Assembly: GCA_050613775.1 (NCBI GenBank)
Contig: JBODTK010000102.1
Span: 248,001 to 312,000 of the forward strand
DNA: 64,000 nt
Source: Neocallimastix sp. 'constans'
Taxonomy: Eukaryota
Direction of reading: 5' to 3'
Within the stretch, counting starts at the first letter, position 1, and each line of letters starts with the position of its first letter. The notes under the pieces are model-generated. The model made no database searches, had not been told where the DNA came from, and was given only the letters and a program-made list of their open reading frames with translations. Made by a program: the position numbers and the translations under genes. Shown here in pieces: positions 50,501 to 64,000 of the stretch.

Positions 50501-51160
50501 CCCAGCTGCTATATTACAATCACCAAAGTATGATGTAAATCAACCAGACTATATAAATTATGGTAACATAGGAAGTGTAATGGGTCATTAACTTACTCAT
50601 GCCTTTGATAATAATGGTAAAAATTACGATGCTAATGGAAAAGAAAATAATTGGGTATGTATGATTTGAGAAAAAATAAAATTTCTAAAAATTTTATAAT
50701 TTTTTTTTTTTTTTTTTTTTTATTTTATTAAAAATTAAAAATCTTTTTCAACTATTTAATTTTATCTATAAAAAAAAAAAAAAATAGTGGACTGATAATG
50801 ATAATGAAGAATTTAATGAATTTTCACAATGCTTTATTGATCAGTTAGTAAACAAATATATTAGATTTATTATAATATATAAAAAAAGAATTATTATTTT
50901 TATTTATACTAAAAAAAAAAAAAAAAATTCTTTTATTATTTAAAAAGGTATAATAATTTATCAATTGAAATCAAAGGAAAAAAATATTATGTTGATGGAG
51001 AGGTAAATATTTATTAAAATTAATAAATAAATATATAAATAAATAAATAAATAAAATAAATTAATAAAAAAAAATAATAAAATAAATTATAAAAATATAT
51101 ATAAATATTAATAAAAATATTGAAATTTTACCAAAAAAAAAAAAAAATAAAATTAAATAA

Positions 51161-51218
<58 letters not shown>

Positions 51219-51582
51219 TTAAATCTATATATATTGTATATATAATTTTTAGAATACTCTTGATGAAAATCTTGCTGATAACAGTGGATTAAATAGAGCC
51301 TATGAAAGTTGGAAATTATCCATTCAAAATAACCCAGAAAAGGCTAAAAAACGTAATATGAACCTTCCAGGTCTTTCTGATTATACAATGGAACAATTGT
51401 TTTATATATCTTTTGCCTATTCTTATTGTACATTAGAAGATGGTAAATTTATTAACGATTCACATTCTCCTAACAAAGTTCGTACCAATACTGTAATTAT
51501 TAATAATAAACATTTTGCTAAAGTTTTTAATTGTCCAACAGGTTCATTAATGAATCCAGAACATAAATGTACCCTTTGGTAA
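47594..51582 (+). pseudogene. Multi-exon secreted M13 (neprilysin/ECE-like) zinc metallopeptidase with a nonsense codon in HExxH
   Basis: Signal peptide; CTSQEC..INPCDDFYEFSCGGW (47966-48079); WLDESTREHAIEK; VNAFY, FPAAILQSP, NYGNIGSVMGH*LTHAFD (TAA at 50589-50591); DENLADNSG; EQLFYISFA, HSP..R, FNCPTGSLMNPEHKCTLW. Confidence 0.88.
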
Positions 51583-52116
51583 TTAAATACTATTTTTCTT
51601 TTTGTTTTTTATAATAAAATTATATAAATATGTATATATGCATATTTATAAGTTATTATTATATTTGAATATTTTTAAAAATATTCTATAATAATGAAAA
51701 TATAAATTTTATCAAAAAGAAACAATAGAAATTTTAAGTTAAAATATGATGTAAAACATGTAAAACATCTATTTTAAATTGAAACAAAAAAAATATATAA
51801 TTAATATAAAATTTAATTTAATTTATGGTGAAAATTAATAACATAGTGAAATTAATCAATTGTTATTATACACCAAAATTATTTAAATATTTATACTAGA
51901 GGAGATAAATTAATTTATATAAAAGTATAAAAAATATTTAAACATTAAATAAAAATAAAAAATAAAAGATCTATTAAAAAAAAAAATATTTTATGTGTTT
52001 TATTATTATTGCTATTATTATAATTATTATTATTATTATTATTATTGCTATTATTATTACTATTATTACTATTATTATATTTTATATAATAATAGTAATA
52101 ATAATAGTAATAATAG

Positions 52117-53900
52117 GTATTAGAGGTAATTGCTATCAATTTATAAAAAATCTATATTTGACTTCTAAAGCCAGTGTTAAAATTGATGATCAATATTCGG
52201 AATCTTTTAATATTATGAAAGGAGTTAGACAAGGTTGTCCACTATCACTAATTCTTTTCAATCTATTTATTAATGACATTTTTAATGATTTTTCAGAACT
52301 TGGAATTCCTTTATGCTGTGGTAGACTCTTTGCAAATAATATTGTTCTATGCGCACAGTCAAGAACTAAGTTAAAAAAAATGCTTAAGAAGGTAAATGAA
52401 TGGTCTAAATTTAATATGATGAATTTTAGAATTAACAAATGTGCAACGATGGTGAATCGACCCGACACACCTCTTTTTCATAATAAAAAAGATCCTACTT
52501 TTCATCTTTCTGGTCAACCAATCCCAATAACTAAATGCTATACCTATTTAGGTATACCATTTGATAAAAGCTTATCGTTAAACCCTATTATTAAATTACT
52601 TAACTCTAAAGTTACTAAAGCTCTCTTTTCTGTTATTAAATTTCTTTCAAATTCCAAAATTCCTATTCCATTTAAGAAGATTATAATTAACTCCTATGTA
52701 CTTAGTAAAGTCTCTTACTTTGCACTTTTACTTGATTCAAATAAAACGAGAACAAATAATACTCAGAAATTAATTAATAAAGGATTAAGATGGATTACAG
52801 GTTTACAAAAAACCGAATCTTTTATTAATGTATATTCTATTTCAAAAGATTTAAATATTCTCTATTTTCAGCTAAGTGTGCTTTCTCTCAAGTCAAATGT
52901 TTTGATAAATGGAAAGATTCAAATTGCATTATTTCATATTAAGTAGAACTCTTAAACGTAGACTAGAGAAAAGAGGTAATAATGATAATAAAATCAAGGA
53001 TTTTTATTGGAATAGACATATGAAAATCAGTTCTATTAAAGCTGAATTTTATGATAAAAACAGATTCGAAGAAACATCAAATTTTATAAAACTTTGTTAT
53101 GAAAATTCTGATCTTTCTTATGGTTTCTATTGGCTATTGAGAGCACGAAGCCGATATATATTAGATGCTAGAATTGCTAAAGCTACAAAAATAATAGTTC
53201 AACTATGTCCTAATTTTTGTCTCTGTTGTATAAGTAATAAACAATGGATAAGACATTGGTTAATTGATTGTCCATTTTTCAATCATATTCGTAGTAAAGT
53301 AAATGATATATTTTTATATAATGCTTTTAACCGGGGCAACCTAACAAGTGATATTATTAATAGTAATAATTATAATAGCAACAGTAATAGTAGTAATAGT
53401 AATTATAAAAATATAAATAATAGTATTAGTAATAATAGTTATAGTAATATTAGTAATAGTATTATTAATAATATTAGTAATAGTATTGAAAATAATGTGT
53501 ATGTAGATTCTTGTGTGTATGAAAAAATGTTTAATTTCCTTCTTAGAGAAAGAAGTATTAATAATAGTACAAATGAATGGAAGGATCTATTTAAGTGCCA
53601 GATGAAATCAGGTGCTTATTCTGATACTACATTCTTGGTGGTTACTGCGGCTCTTCTTCAATCGATTATACCTATTGCTATTGGCCAGCAATGGTCTTTG
53701 TTCAATAGGTTTAAAAAGAATCGTACTACTACTACCATGAGCGTCAATGCTGAAGAAACATTAAGACAGGTCAGCAGTGCTAGCGCAACCAATGAAGATC
53801 ATAATTTCTTATCTTAAAATTATGATTAACATTGTGAAGTCAAAATTAATTATTATACTTCAGTATAATAATGCCTTTGTGAAGTCTTATAGATATTAAT
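52117..53900 (+). mobile_element. 5'-truncated LINE (RT C-terminal half, Cys/His region, 3' UTR), same family as 36275-43350
   Basis: KGVRQGCPLS, degenerate LFANN, YTYLGIP, CPNFCLCC..HWLIDCP in ORFs 51993..52946 and 52909..53817; starts after an (ATT)/(AAT) microsatellite. Confidence 0.9.
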
Positions 53901-54179
53901 TAAATGAAACTAGAATATTTTATACTATTATTTTATTTTATTTTATTTTTATGTTTTTTTTTTTTTTTTTTTTTTTTTTTTTGTTTATTTTTTTATCTTT
54001 TTTTTTTTTTTTTTTTTTTTACATGTATTTATTCATATATTTAATTAATAAAGATGAAACAAGTTTGCTGTCGTTAAAAAAAAAAAAAAAAAAAAATTAC
54101 TATTATTATTATTATTATTGTAATGTGGTGTATTAATTCTCACTCTAATATAAAAGAAAATGATTAAGAAAATTACAAT

Positions 54180-55210
54180 AAAAATAGCTCAAATAGAAAG
54201 AATTCTTTATAACGAAACCTTACAGTTTGTTCTAATGCTCTTTCTTGTGATCTTCAAATTTCCCCGATTTCTGGATTTGTGTTGCACCGTGAATTGAATG
54301 CTTTTGTAAATGGAGAATTTCAAAATATTATATTAAGAATCTAATGAGTAATATCTTTAAAATACCAAAATATTCATGGGCTGAAAAATCACGTTTTCTT
54401 TTCAAGAAAATTAAGAAAGAAAATATTAAAAGATACAAAGATATTATTGAATTTTATTGGTTGAACAGAGGTAATCGTCAATTTAATTTAGATTTTAACT
54501 CGATCTTGAGACTAAGACTATAAATATAATGCAACCATTACAATAAGAATCAGTAGAGTTTCTGACGAATATCCGAAAGCATGCCCTTTCTGTGAAAAAC
54601 GTAAACAATCTTTTATCCATTGGATTTTTGAATGTTCTTCCATTTCTTTATTAAGATGTGAATCTTTATATTTCCTCAATGACCTATTTATAATATTAGG
54701 TAATAAATTAAAGAATCTTTCCATAATACCTTCATATTCTAGTATTTTAAAATATGAAGCCTTTACTTAATATATTAACATATTCCTTCTTGGTGGAATT
54801 TCAACTTTAGATTAGTTGTTCATTTAAATGTCTATTGGGGAACGGAGACATTTAAGCGAATAATTCTTAGACAGTTCACAAAGGTTTACTATTCCGTATA
54901 TTGTGGATCTTTGGCATTATTATGTTAACACAATTCAAGTCATTAGTAGCTCTCATGAATTACTTTTTAATCGATTTAGTAAGAAATCTGTCTAGTCAGT
55001 ACCAAGAGTACGGATATGGCTTAGACGGAATTCTATTAATAGTCCTATTTCTTATTTTTCAGACGCAATTACTAACAGTCTAGTTCTGTTCATAGAACCA
55101 AAGTATAATAATTCTGTAAATAATGATTTTTTTTATGGTTTCTTATGTTTCAAGGAAAGAGTTTAGTAGACACCATATTATCTATTTTAAGGACGTTACT
55201 TCTTTATTTT
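54180..55210 (+). mobile_element. Degenerate 3' fragment of a second LINE family
   Basis: EACPFCEKRKQSFIHWIFECS at ~54577-54640, a Cys/His motif like that of the other LINE copies; many stops. Confidence 0.65.
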
Positions 55211-57389
55211 ATTATTTTAGATTTAAATAGTGACTATCTTAGAACTCATTATATATATCATATTGATATTTATTTATCTTTTGAACTCATTTTTGCCTTT
55301 ATTACATTAAATTTTCTATTATTTATTAAATTTATTTTTTTATTAAACTTTAATTTTTTATTTTATTTAATCTTTTTTATTATATACATTTTATTTATAC
55401 TTTGATTTTTATGTATTACAACATAAAAAATAAAAAACATTATGTTTTTAATATTATACAATATAAAAAAAAACTTTATCAAAAGAAAGCAATAGAATTT
55501 TTAGGTTAAAATACGGAGTAAAATATCAATATTTAAAATATATATATATATTTATATTTTAATTATATATTTTTTTTTAAATACATATATATACATATTT
55601 AAAGGAAAAAAATTAAAATAATAACATAATGAAATTAATCAGTTGTAATATAACCCCAATAGAATTATTTCCATACTAATAGTAAAAGAGATAAATTAAT
55701 TAATATAACTTATTAAAAGAAAGAAATTTTATGAGAAATAATCAATTTCATTTAATAAAATTTATTATTTTCTAAAAATAAAATGGAAAAGAAATACTTT
55801 TTAAAAAAAAAAAAAAAAAAATTTTTAAAAATTAGGGGGATTTTATAAAATACATCAAAAATTTAAAAATTAATAATTTTCCAATAGGTAATGCAAAATA
55901 TTATAAAAATTTAATTTTTTTAATAAAAGTTAGTACTTTTTAAATGAGTATAAATATATTCAAAGAGTAGTGATGCAAAACCCAAAAATAAGAGGTCTTC
56001 ACATAAAAATATTATCTCCTGTTAAAAGGTTATAAAATAGTACTTTAAGTCATAAAAAATAAAAAGAAATGACATATAAATATTCATAGCAATATAATAT
56101 TTCAATGAAAAAATATTTAGTTTTAGCAAAAAAACAATATTAATTTCTATTATATTTTATATATTTGAGTAATTATATAAAATAGAAATAGATAATAGTT
56201 TTTTTAAGTTATATTAAAGTTTATTTAAAATAGTACATTAAATAAACTTTAATAGATATATGGAATCTGTAACAAGTACTTTGAAATATTGCATTAAAAT
56301 TAATGTATAAACCGTAATTTATATATATATAAAACTATGTAGTTTGTTATAATAAAATGATATCATTACAACTCTTAATTCTTTATCCTAAATAAGTATT
56401 ATTAAAGTTATTATAATTCAATTTCATTAAATCAGTTTCTAATAATTATTTTTATTAATAATTTTATTTTATTAAAAATTGATATACAACTCAAAAGTTC
56501 GATGTACTTTTGTTGGGATTTATTTATTAAATTTATTAATTTATTATTTATTTATTTATTTAATTTTATATAAAAACTACATATATTTAAAAAGAATATT
56601 TAACAACTTTCTTATACTTTTGATTATAAACTAACTTAACATAATATAACTTTTAATCTTAACTTTTACTTAACAACGACGACACTTCTCTTCATTCAGA
56701 GAAATGCTTTATTTTTATGTTATTTAGTTATAATTAACTATTTAATTAATTGTTCTTGTGATTAGAATAAACTATTAATAATTATTATTTAAGGAAATAT
56801 TTAAAAACTATATAAATATAAATATAAAATAAAATAATTAAAACATTGATTTATGCTATAAAATTTATTATTAATTAAATTTATAAATAATATATAGAAA
56901 TCAAGCCACATATAGAATTTGTTGTAAAATCATTAGATTTAAATTTGATTTATGACATTAATTTATGTTTGAATAATAAAAACTAATTTTATATTAATTA
57001 AGGTTTGAATATTTCATTTTATATCAAAATCAATTAAAAAAATGTTGCAATTGCCTATTTGTGTAACCTTAAATATATAATTAATAATTAATTATATATT
57101 TATTTATTTATTATTTATTTATTTATTTATTAATTTATATTTATTTACTTATTTATTTATTTATTAATGTATATTTATTTATTAATGTATATTTATTTAC
57201 TTATTTATTTATTTTTAATTTATTTTTATATTCAATTATAGATATTATGTAATATATTTTAATAAATGTATATAAAGAAAATGGATGACAATTTCTTAAT
57301 GTAAAAGAAAAAAAAAAAAATAAAAAAAATAATAAATCAAATTAAAATTTAGACATAAGTTCAAAATAATCTAAAAATAAAAAATTATC

Positions 57390-59190
57390 TCTTAGTAATA
57401 TCCAATAATTTAAAAGTGTATTCTGTACTTTTTTAAAACATAATAATAAAGTATCTTCAAACTTAAAAAGGAAAAATTTTATCGTTTGATGTATCAGAAA
57501 ATGTTAATGATAAATACTGATACTTTGGAAGAAAAAAATTTATGATACATAACCAGTTGACGATAGTGATATAAAAGTTGAAGATACTATTATTGATGAA
57601 GAAATGGGATAATGATTCTGATATAGAAGAACCAATTGATACAAATAAAGTAATTTATATTATAGATTATTAATATATTTAATACATAATTATTTTTTTA
57701 TAGTAAATTCAATTTTATTGAAAAAAAATATTAAATAGTTAAATTTACGTGAAATACCTGAAGGTATCGATCAAGTTAACGATAAGTTAAGAGAAGAAGG
57801 AAAATAATGAAAAATTATTGGAACAAAAAAAAATTTTTTTCATCATTCATCATGTTTAAATTTTCGATAACAAAAAAAAAACCTAAATAATGAAAAATTT
57901 AATAGAATATATCCAATAAATTTAATATTAACAATGTATTAACTAATATTGATGAATTAGCTACTTTATTAACTGAATTTAGTGATCACGAAATTAATAT
58001 ACTCTTTAGAATTTTTTAAAATGGAAGTAATTTATGTTAGAGGTCAATTTTCCTTATGAATATATTGCAATAATTGATGATAGGCCCTTTCTGATGATGA
58101 ATGCTTAAAAAAAAGAAGCATTACTTGAAATTATTCTATCAAAAGATGATTTTTCTTTGAAAGGAGATTTTAGAAAGGAGAAAAAATGTAATAAATATAT
58201 TAAGGAACAATATTAAATAATTAATAAATTATAAATTATATGTTAGAAAAATTTTAACAATAATTTATGGTTCAAATAAAAATAGAACTGAAACAATGCA
58301 AAAAACTATTATTGATTTTCAAAATAAATGAGTAATAATAATATTTATACATTAATAATAATAATAATAGCAATAATATTATTATTATTATAATTATTAA
58401 TAATAATAATTATAATTATAATTATAATTATAAAAAATGCTGTACATAAGTACTGAATATTATACCTCACCCAAGTCAATTAATTTTAGAAGAACAATGG
58501 ATATTATTATAACATGGAAATTGAAACAATGAAAAATTATTATTATAATGATGAATGATGATGATTACCCAATAGATGGTAGCTATGAATATTCATAAGA
58601 ATCAATTGATAACAGTAATACTTATAATGGATATGAATAAGATGAAAATGAGGAATTCGGTTCTGATAAATTAATTATGAGTATCAAAGATTTTCGTTAA
58701 AAATATTCTTTAATTCATTGGAAATTATATTAATTATATTTTGAAAAAAAAAATTTTTTTTGAAAACTTCAGAATGACTATTGCTGATGAATTAATAATT
58801 AGTGAAAGCTCTTATTTTAAATTTGCATATATATATGAGTATCTAAAAGAAATCGATAATAAAGATATGGCTAATTTTATGGAATAGTAATAATATTAAA
58901 TAAAAAATTATAAATTTTCATTATTAAATATAAATATATACTTGATTATAATATTTCTATTTTTCTTTATTTATTTTTATTCATAAAAATAAATATTTAA
59001 TTCATAAAATTTTAATTCAATATATAAATTAATATATATTATAGAACTATCATTAAAAATTTCTTGGGTATAGATACTGAATTCCAATGTATTTAAAAAT
59101 ATAATATCTGTCAAACTTTACCAAATTAAAAAGAATACAAAAAAGCATTTAATAGTAAATATGATAAAAATTTTATTTATGAATAAATTA
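57390..59190 (+). pseudogene. Heavily decayed tandem paralogue of the M13 peptidase (5' half)
   Basis: Exon and intron sequence co-linear with 47594-49700 (ATTGATACAAAT.AAGTAAT, GATGAAAATGAGGAATTC.GTTCTGATAAATTAAT, GATAATAAAGA.AT..CTAATTTT.TGGAA); frameshifts and stops; cut off by copia debris. Confidence 0.85.
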
Positions 59191-59199
59191 TAAAATATA

Positions 59200-60010
59200 T
59201 ATATGTTAATCGAGTTTTTGTATTAATTTTTGAACGTAATAAAAAACTTTACATTTGAAGACAAGTATGTTTGAGTAATTAACTTTGTTATTAGTTAGAA
59301 ATTCATATGAAATTTTATTGTTTTATACCTTTATAAGAGATTCGGTTATGAATGTAATTGGAAGTGGTTACGGCGTCTTCACAAAATTGTAAATTCAATT
59401 ATGCATCATTTAACATTGATTTTGAAGAATTGATTATAGTACCGTTGAAACGTTCAATCTTACCATTTTATTGTGGAAGGTAAAGAACAATGAATTGATA
59501 TTGTATTCAAGGATTAATACAGAATTTTTTAAAATTTTTGTTGTTATATTCGGAGCCATTATCTGTACGAATATATTGAATTCTTTTATTAAATTAATTT
59601 TTTATTTTATTAAACCAATTACGGAAGTGATAAAAAGTTTCGGATTTACTTTTAATAAATCGAGTCCATCCAAATTTTGAATGATCATTCAGAATTGTTA
59701 AAATATATTTGTTGTCAAAAAGAGAGTTTTGGAATGGACCTATAAGGTCCATGTGTATGAGTTGAAATATAATTTTTTTCTCAAAATATGTTTTTATTAT
59801 TTTGATTATTATCTATGGATTCCTTCAAGTTTGATAAGATGATTTCAGGCAATACATCCTTAACGTATTCATTACATTTATTCAAATCATTTTTAAATTG
59901 GAATTCATTAATCCAACGGAGTTCCTCTGGAAGACTTCTGTTAAGGATACTTTAACACTTGGTTCAATGTCTTTATATATTTTCACGATTCATCAATGAT
60001 ATTTTGAAGT
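59200..60010 (-). mobile_element. Degenerate copia fragment (gag joined to integrase)
   Basis: Minus strand ILNRSLPEELRWINEFQFKND (~59890-59950), LIHMDLIG-like (~59740), ERFNGT (~59440). Confidence 0.7.
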
Positions 60011-60539
60011 TCAACATATTAATATAACAATAATAATTAAATTAATAATAATGCATCAAAACTCTTATTCATAAATAAGTATGAATTATTAAATTTAATT
60101 AGAGAAAAATATTTTTATTTTAACTTAATAATTCATTAAAAAAAAGAAAAAAAAACTCTATATTAATATTTATTAAATAGAACAATAAAATAATTAAAAT
60201 TTATTTTATAAGAAATTTATTTAAATTAAACTTAATATTATTTATTTAAATTCTCAATAAAATTAATCAATTTAATAAAATTCATCATATTAATAAATTA
60301 TAAATTACTTCAAAAATAATATAATAATAAATTATTATTATTTTTTAGTATTAATTATTAATAATAGATAACAATGTTAATATAATAAAATCAAAGTTTT
60401 CATAAATATTTTAACAATATTTAAATGTAATAATAAATCAACAATATATTTAAAGATTCCTTTATAAGAAATAATTCATCCTTATTGAATACATATAAAA
60501 TTTTCAGTTTACTCTGAATCAAATTTATAGGCACTAATG

Positions 60540-63500
60540 GGAAATGAGTTGGTAGTATTGAAAATCTTAATTTTCTCCATATTCTTAAGTTCCTCGTTTA
60601 TATCTTTTAACCAATCGTCTTTGTCGAATAGGTTGTAGATGTCATCAAAGTCATTTGGTTCTTTGATTTTTTGATTATCGCTAAGTTCCCGATATTTATT
60701 TGGTTTAATTCAGTGGTTCTGTCGTTGGCTTTATCTTCATTGTTTAAGGAATTATTTTTATAATTTATCTTATTACTTTTTTATTTTTGATTATATAAGT
60801 TTTGCTTATCATAGGAAAAGTTATTAAAATTATTAAACTTTTTTAACATATGGGTGTTGCTCCCCCTAATTTCGGAAATTAGCATAAAATTTGAAATGTT
60901 TCTAGGAACTGGTCGAGATATTTTGGAGTTTCTACGAATATCTTCTAAGAATTAGACTGAACGAGAGAGAACGAACATTTTATTGGCGATGTTCAGAATT
61001 TTATAGGAATTAGTTAATTGGTGATAACCCAAGTAAATACCAAGGAGAGAATTATTTTCGAATTTGTTTCGTTGTGACTTGGGAATAAAGAAAAAGACCT
61101 TATACATGAAGACTTTAAAGCGCGAATAATCCATTTTAGTTTTGAAAAGAAATTCAAAAGGGATTTTGTTGTTAATGTCAGAATGGGGAATACGATTATG
61201 TATGTAATTGGCAGAGTCTATATCGTATTCTCAGAATTCTTTGCTAAGTTGTAAATCATTAAGAAAAAATTTAACTAAACTTATGAGGGTGCCATTAAAT
61301 TGTTTATCTCTCTCATTTTGTTTAAGATTACGGGGGATTGTTAACATTTGAACAATACTCCTCAGGGAGCAGAAATATTTTAATTTATTGTTCGTAAATT
61401 CGGTACCATGGTCGGTTCGGATGTAAGTGATAGTTGTATTAAATATATTTTTATTAGATTTTATCCATAAATTGCACTTTTCCAAAACTTGGCTCTTGTT
61501 TGGATGAAGAGGACCCAACCGAAAATAGAATAGTCATTAAGGATGGATAGAAAATATTTATTGGAATGAATAGATTCTACTACCGGACCCATGAGATTCA
61601 TGAGGATTAGTTAAAAAGGAGCTTTTGAACTAATTCCGATGAACAGAGTTTCTTTGTTTTGATTGAGAACATATTGGAAGTTTTGATTTGAAATAATTTT
61701 TTAGAAATTTTATTTCTAATGGGATTAATACTGAAGTGATCAAGGCGTCTGTGACATAAATTAATTTTGTATAATTTGTTTAGAGTAGAGAGGTGCATCA
61801 ACAAGGTTTTGTCGTGTTTTGGTTTGTTGTTTGAAATTGGCTTGGTTGATAACCATAAAGTAAAAATGTTCTGACTGTTTTAACTATCGTTTGTGATTCT
61901 TTTGTCAGAATTTTTGAAAATGGTTGAATAAAGTTTGTTGTTTTAATTGAAAAATATAATTTTATAGAGTTATTGAATAAGTTTGGTACCTGATATTATA
62001 TTTTTATTTATACTATCGACGTAGAACATGTTCTTTAATGTAAGTTTTAAATTGTCGATTTATCAGGTAAAATTACCATAAGCTGAGGCAACAATTGTCT
62101 TACCGTTTAGGAGGATAACTTCTTCATTACATTTTTTAATATTTGTAAGTCAATACATCCTGTGATATGTATGGAGGCGCCTAAGTCTATTATCCATTGT
62201 GATATGTGGCTTTGCGAATTGTGGTTATTCTTGACAACTTTTGTAATATAATTTAATAATATTTTTAATCCTAGTCTGGGATTTGACTAGGATTAATTTG
62301 TTGTCTTCCATCTTGATTATCTCCCTAGTGTTAGAAAATATGATGTCTGGATGACATCGAAATTACAGAGTTTCTTCTAATCATTTTTATATTGGAAAAC
62401 ATTTAAAAACTTAAGTTTTTTTGGAAGTGACCTATTCAAAATACCAACATTGACAGAATTACTTACTTCATAATCAATATTTTATATCTTATATATTACA
62501 TTTTGGAGTTTAGCAATAAAGATGTTAATATCATCTTCTTAATTATATTTCAGATAATTTATTTTGTTTTTGATTTCCAGTTTCCTTTTCTTTTGACTCA
62601 TTGTGAAAATTTTTTCTAAAGTAGTCCATATTTGATGGGCTGTCTTTCCATTACCTTCAATTATCTTCTTTATATTTTCTCCTAAACTATTGGTAATGAT
62701 CCATTTTACTATAACATTGTTTTTTATATCTTTTAACTATGTGTTCTTATCATATACTAGGCTAGAGTCAAACTTCTCTTCTAAATAATTGTCCTGGTTA
62801 TCCCTGAGATTTCTTTTTCTAAGTTTCTTTACCTTTTCCTCTATTATGTGTCATTCTAAATTGTTAATCATCAATAAATATAGAATGTTTGTTCTCTATC
62901 TAGGGTAATTTTCTGTAGAGAGTTCAATGATACGATTGAAATTTTCCGAGTAATTGAAGGTGTTAACTTTTGTTGTGATTTCGTCTGTGTCATCAATAGT
63001 TATGAAAACACTGTTTTTGTTTCTACTCATTTTAATATCTCCCTTTTTTTAATTGTGTTAAAAATTGTTTTCTTGATGAAAAGATTTTTTTTTGTTCGTT
63101 TGCTAAGTCTTGGAGAATTTTACACTAGTAAATGATGTGATTAAATGTTGACTGATTCTTTGTTTTGTTTTATACTATTAGTTAATCTAATTGGTTGAAA
63201 TACTAATATTTGATTTGTTTAATGATTAATGCTTTTATTTTTTTTTTGTTACATTTAATTAGTTAGGTAATAATTAATTTTTATGTTTTAAATTATTGAT
63301 TTAAATTTTGTTATTCTATTTTTCATTTTTTTATTTATTTATTTAGGAAAAATTAAATTCATCTTTTAATTTATTATTTATTTAATTCTTTTTTTTTTTT
63401 TAAATTCTATTCGTTAAATTATTCGTTTATTCATTTGCTCTTAACACGAATTATATTTACCATTTATATCTTATTATTTATTAAAATTTTAAAAAGATTT

Positions 63501-64000
63501 TTGTTTTGTCACTGATTATATTCAGTAGGATGTCCTTTATTTGCTGCTAAATACTTCAGCATAGCACTATTTACTGCATACTCATTTAAGAGTTTTTCTT
63601 TTTTATGTAAATTAAAATAGTAATTATATCTCCTATTTTGAATGTATACATATTTTATTAAATTAGAATAAAATTTCCTTTTTTTTTATTTTTCATTTAT
63701 GAATAATAATATTTTAATACATAAATTAGTAAGTATACAATTAATTATTTATTTAATACTATATATATTTTGATATTTAGTTTTACATGAGTTGAGCTCT
63801 TTATTGGTTTAGTTGAAATTCTTAATCTTTTAAATATTAAAATTATAAAAGTACAATTATAAGGTATATGATATTAATAAAGCATTATATTTTTATATGA
63901 AAGTTTATATTAATAATAATTTTTTTACGAATTCTTTTTAATTTTTATATCTTATTTTATTTACGTATAAAATATGATTGGAAAATACTATGTTTGCCAC
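60540..64000 (-). mobile_element. Degenerate, 3'-truncated copy of the 36500-41971 copia family; 5' LTR from ~63828 runs off the window
   Basis: Co-linear with ~38140-41950 (gag start ~63030, IRTDHGTEF, MDYSRFKVF); degenerate PBS AAATTCTTAATC at ~63816. Confidence 0.9.

Noticed and set aside
51945..52116. Poly-Ile N-terminus of ORF 51993..52946 and the poly-Tyr/Asn antisense ORF
   Set aside because: Trinucleotide microsatellite abutting a 5'-truncated LINE, not a real domain
1..64000. RIP-like mutation of repeats, suggested by a few Trp-to-stop changes
   Set aside because: Too few sites inspected, and the LTR mismatches include transversions; needs a computed dinucleotide index

Overview
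Extremely AT-rich, intron-containing eukaryotic DNA. The AT content, short AT-rich GT-AG introns, a Gal-lectin/GT34 fusion and a solute-binding-protein-like pseudogene point to an anaerobic gut fungus (Neocallimastigomycota); this is an inference. The first ~36 kb holds a loose cluster of glycan-biosynthesis genes scattered among transposon debris: an intronless UDP-xylose synthase head-to-head with an 8-exon UDP-glucose dehydrogenase, a SUEL-lectin/GT34 glycosyltransferase fusion, an intronless UDP-glucose 4-epimerase, a broken bacterial-type GT-A glycosyltransferase, and an intronless TupA-like ATP-grasp enzyme with an N-terminal hydrophobic leader. Together these resemble a bacterial capsule/surface-polysaccharide locus assembled in a fungus. 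The rest is Ty1/copia elements (one full-length with 192-bp LTRs and a 5-bp TSD, nested in a LINE), LINE remnants, a ~1-kb foldback element and decaying tandem M13 metallopeptidase copies. Two copia families have non-canonical TG...AA LTR ends, and several primer-binding sites match the anticodon arm of tRNA-Lys(CUU). All coordinates were read by eye; boundaries of degenerate elements are approximate.
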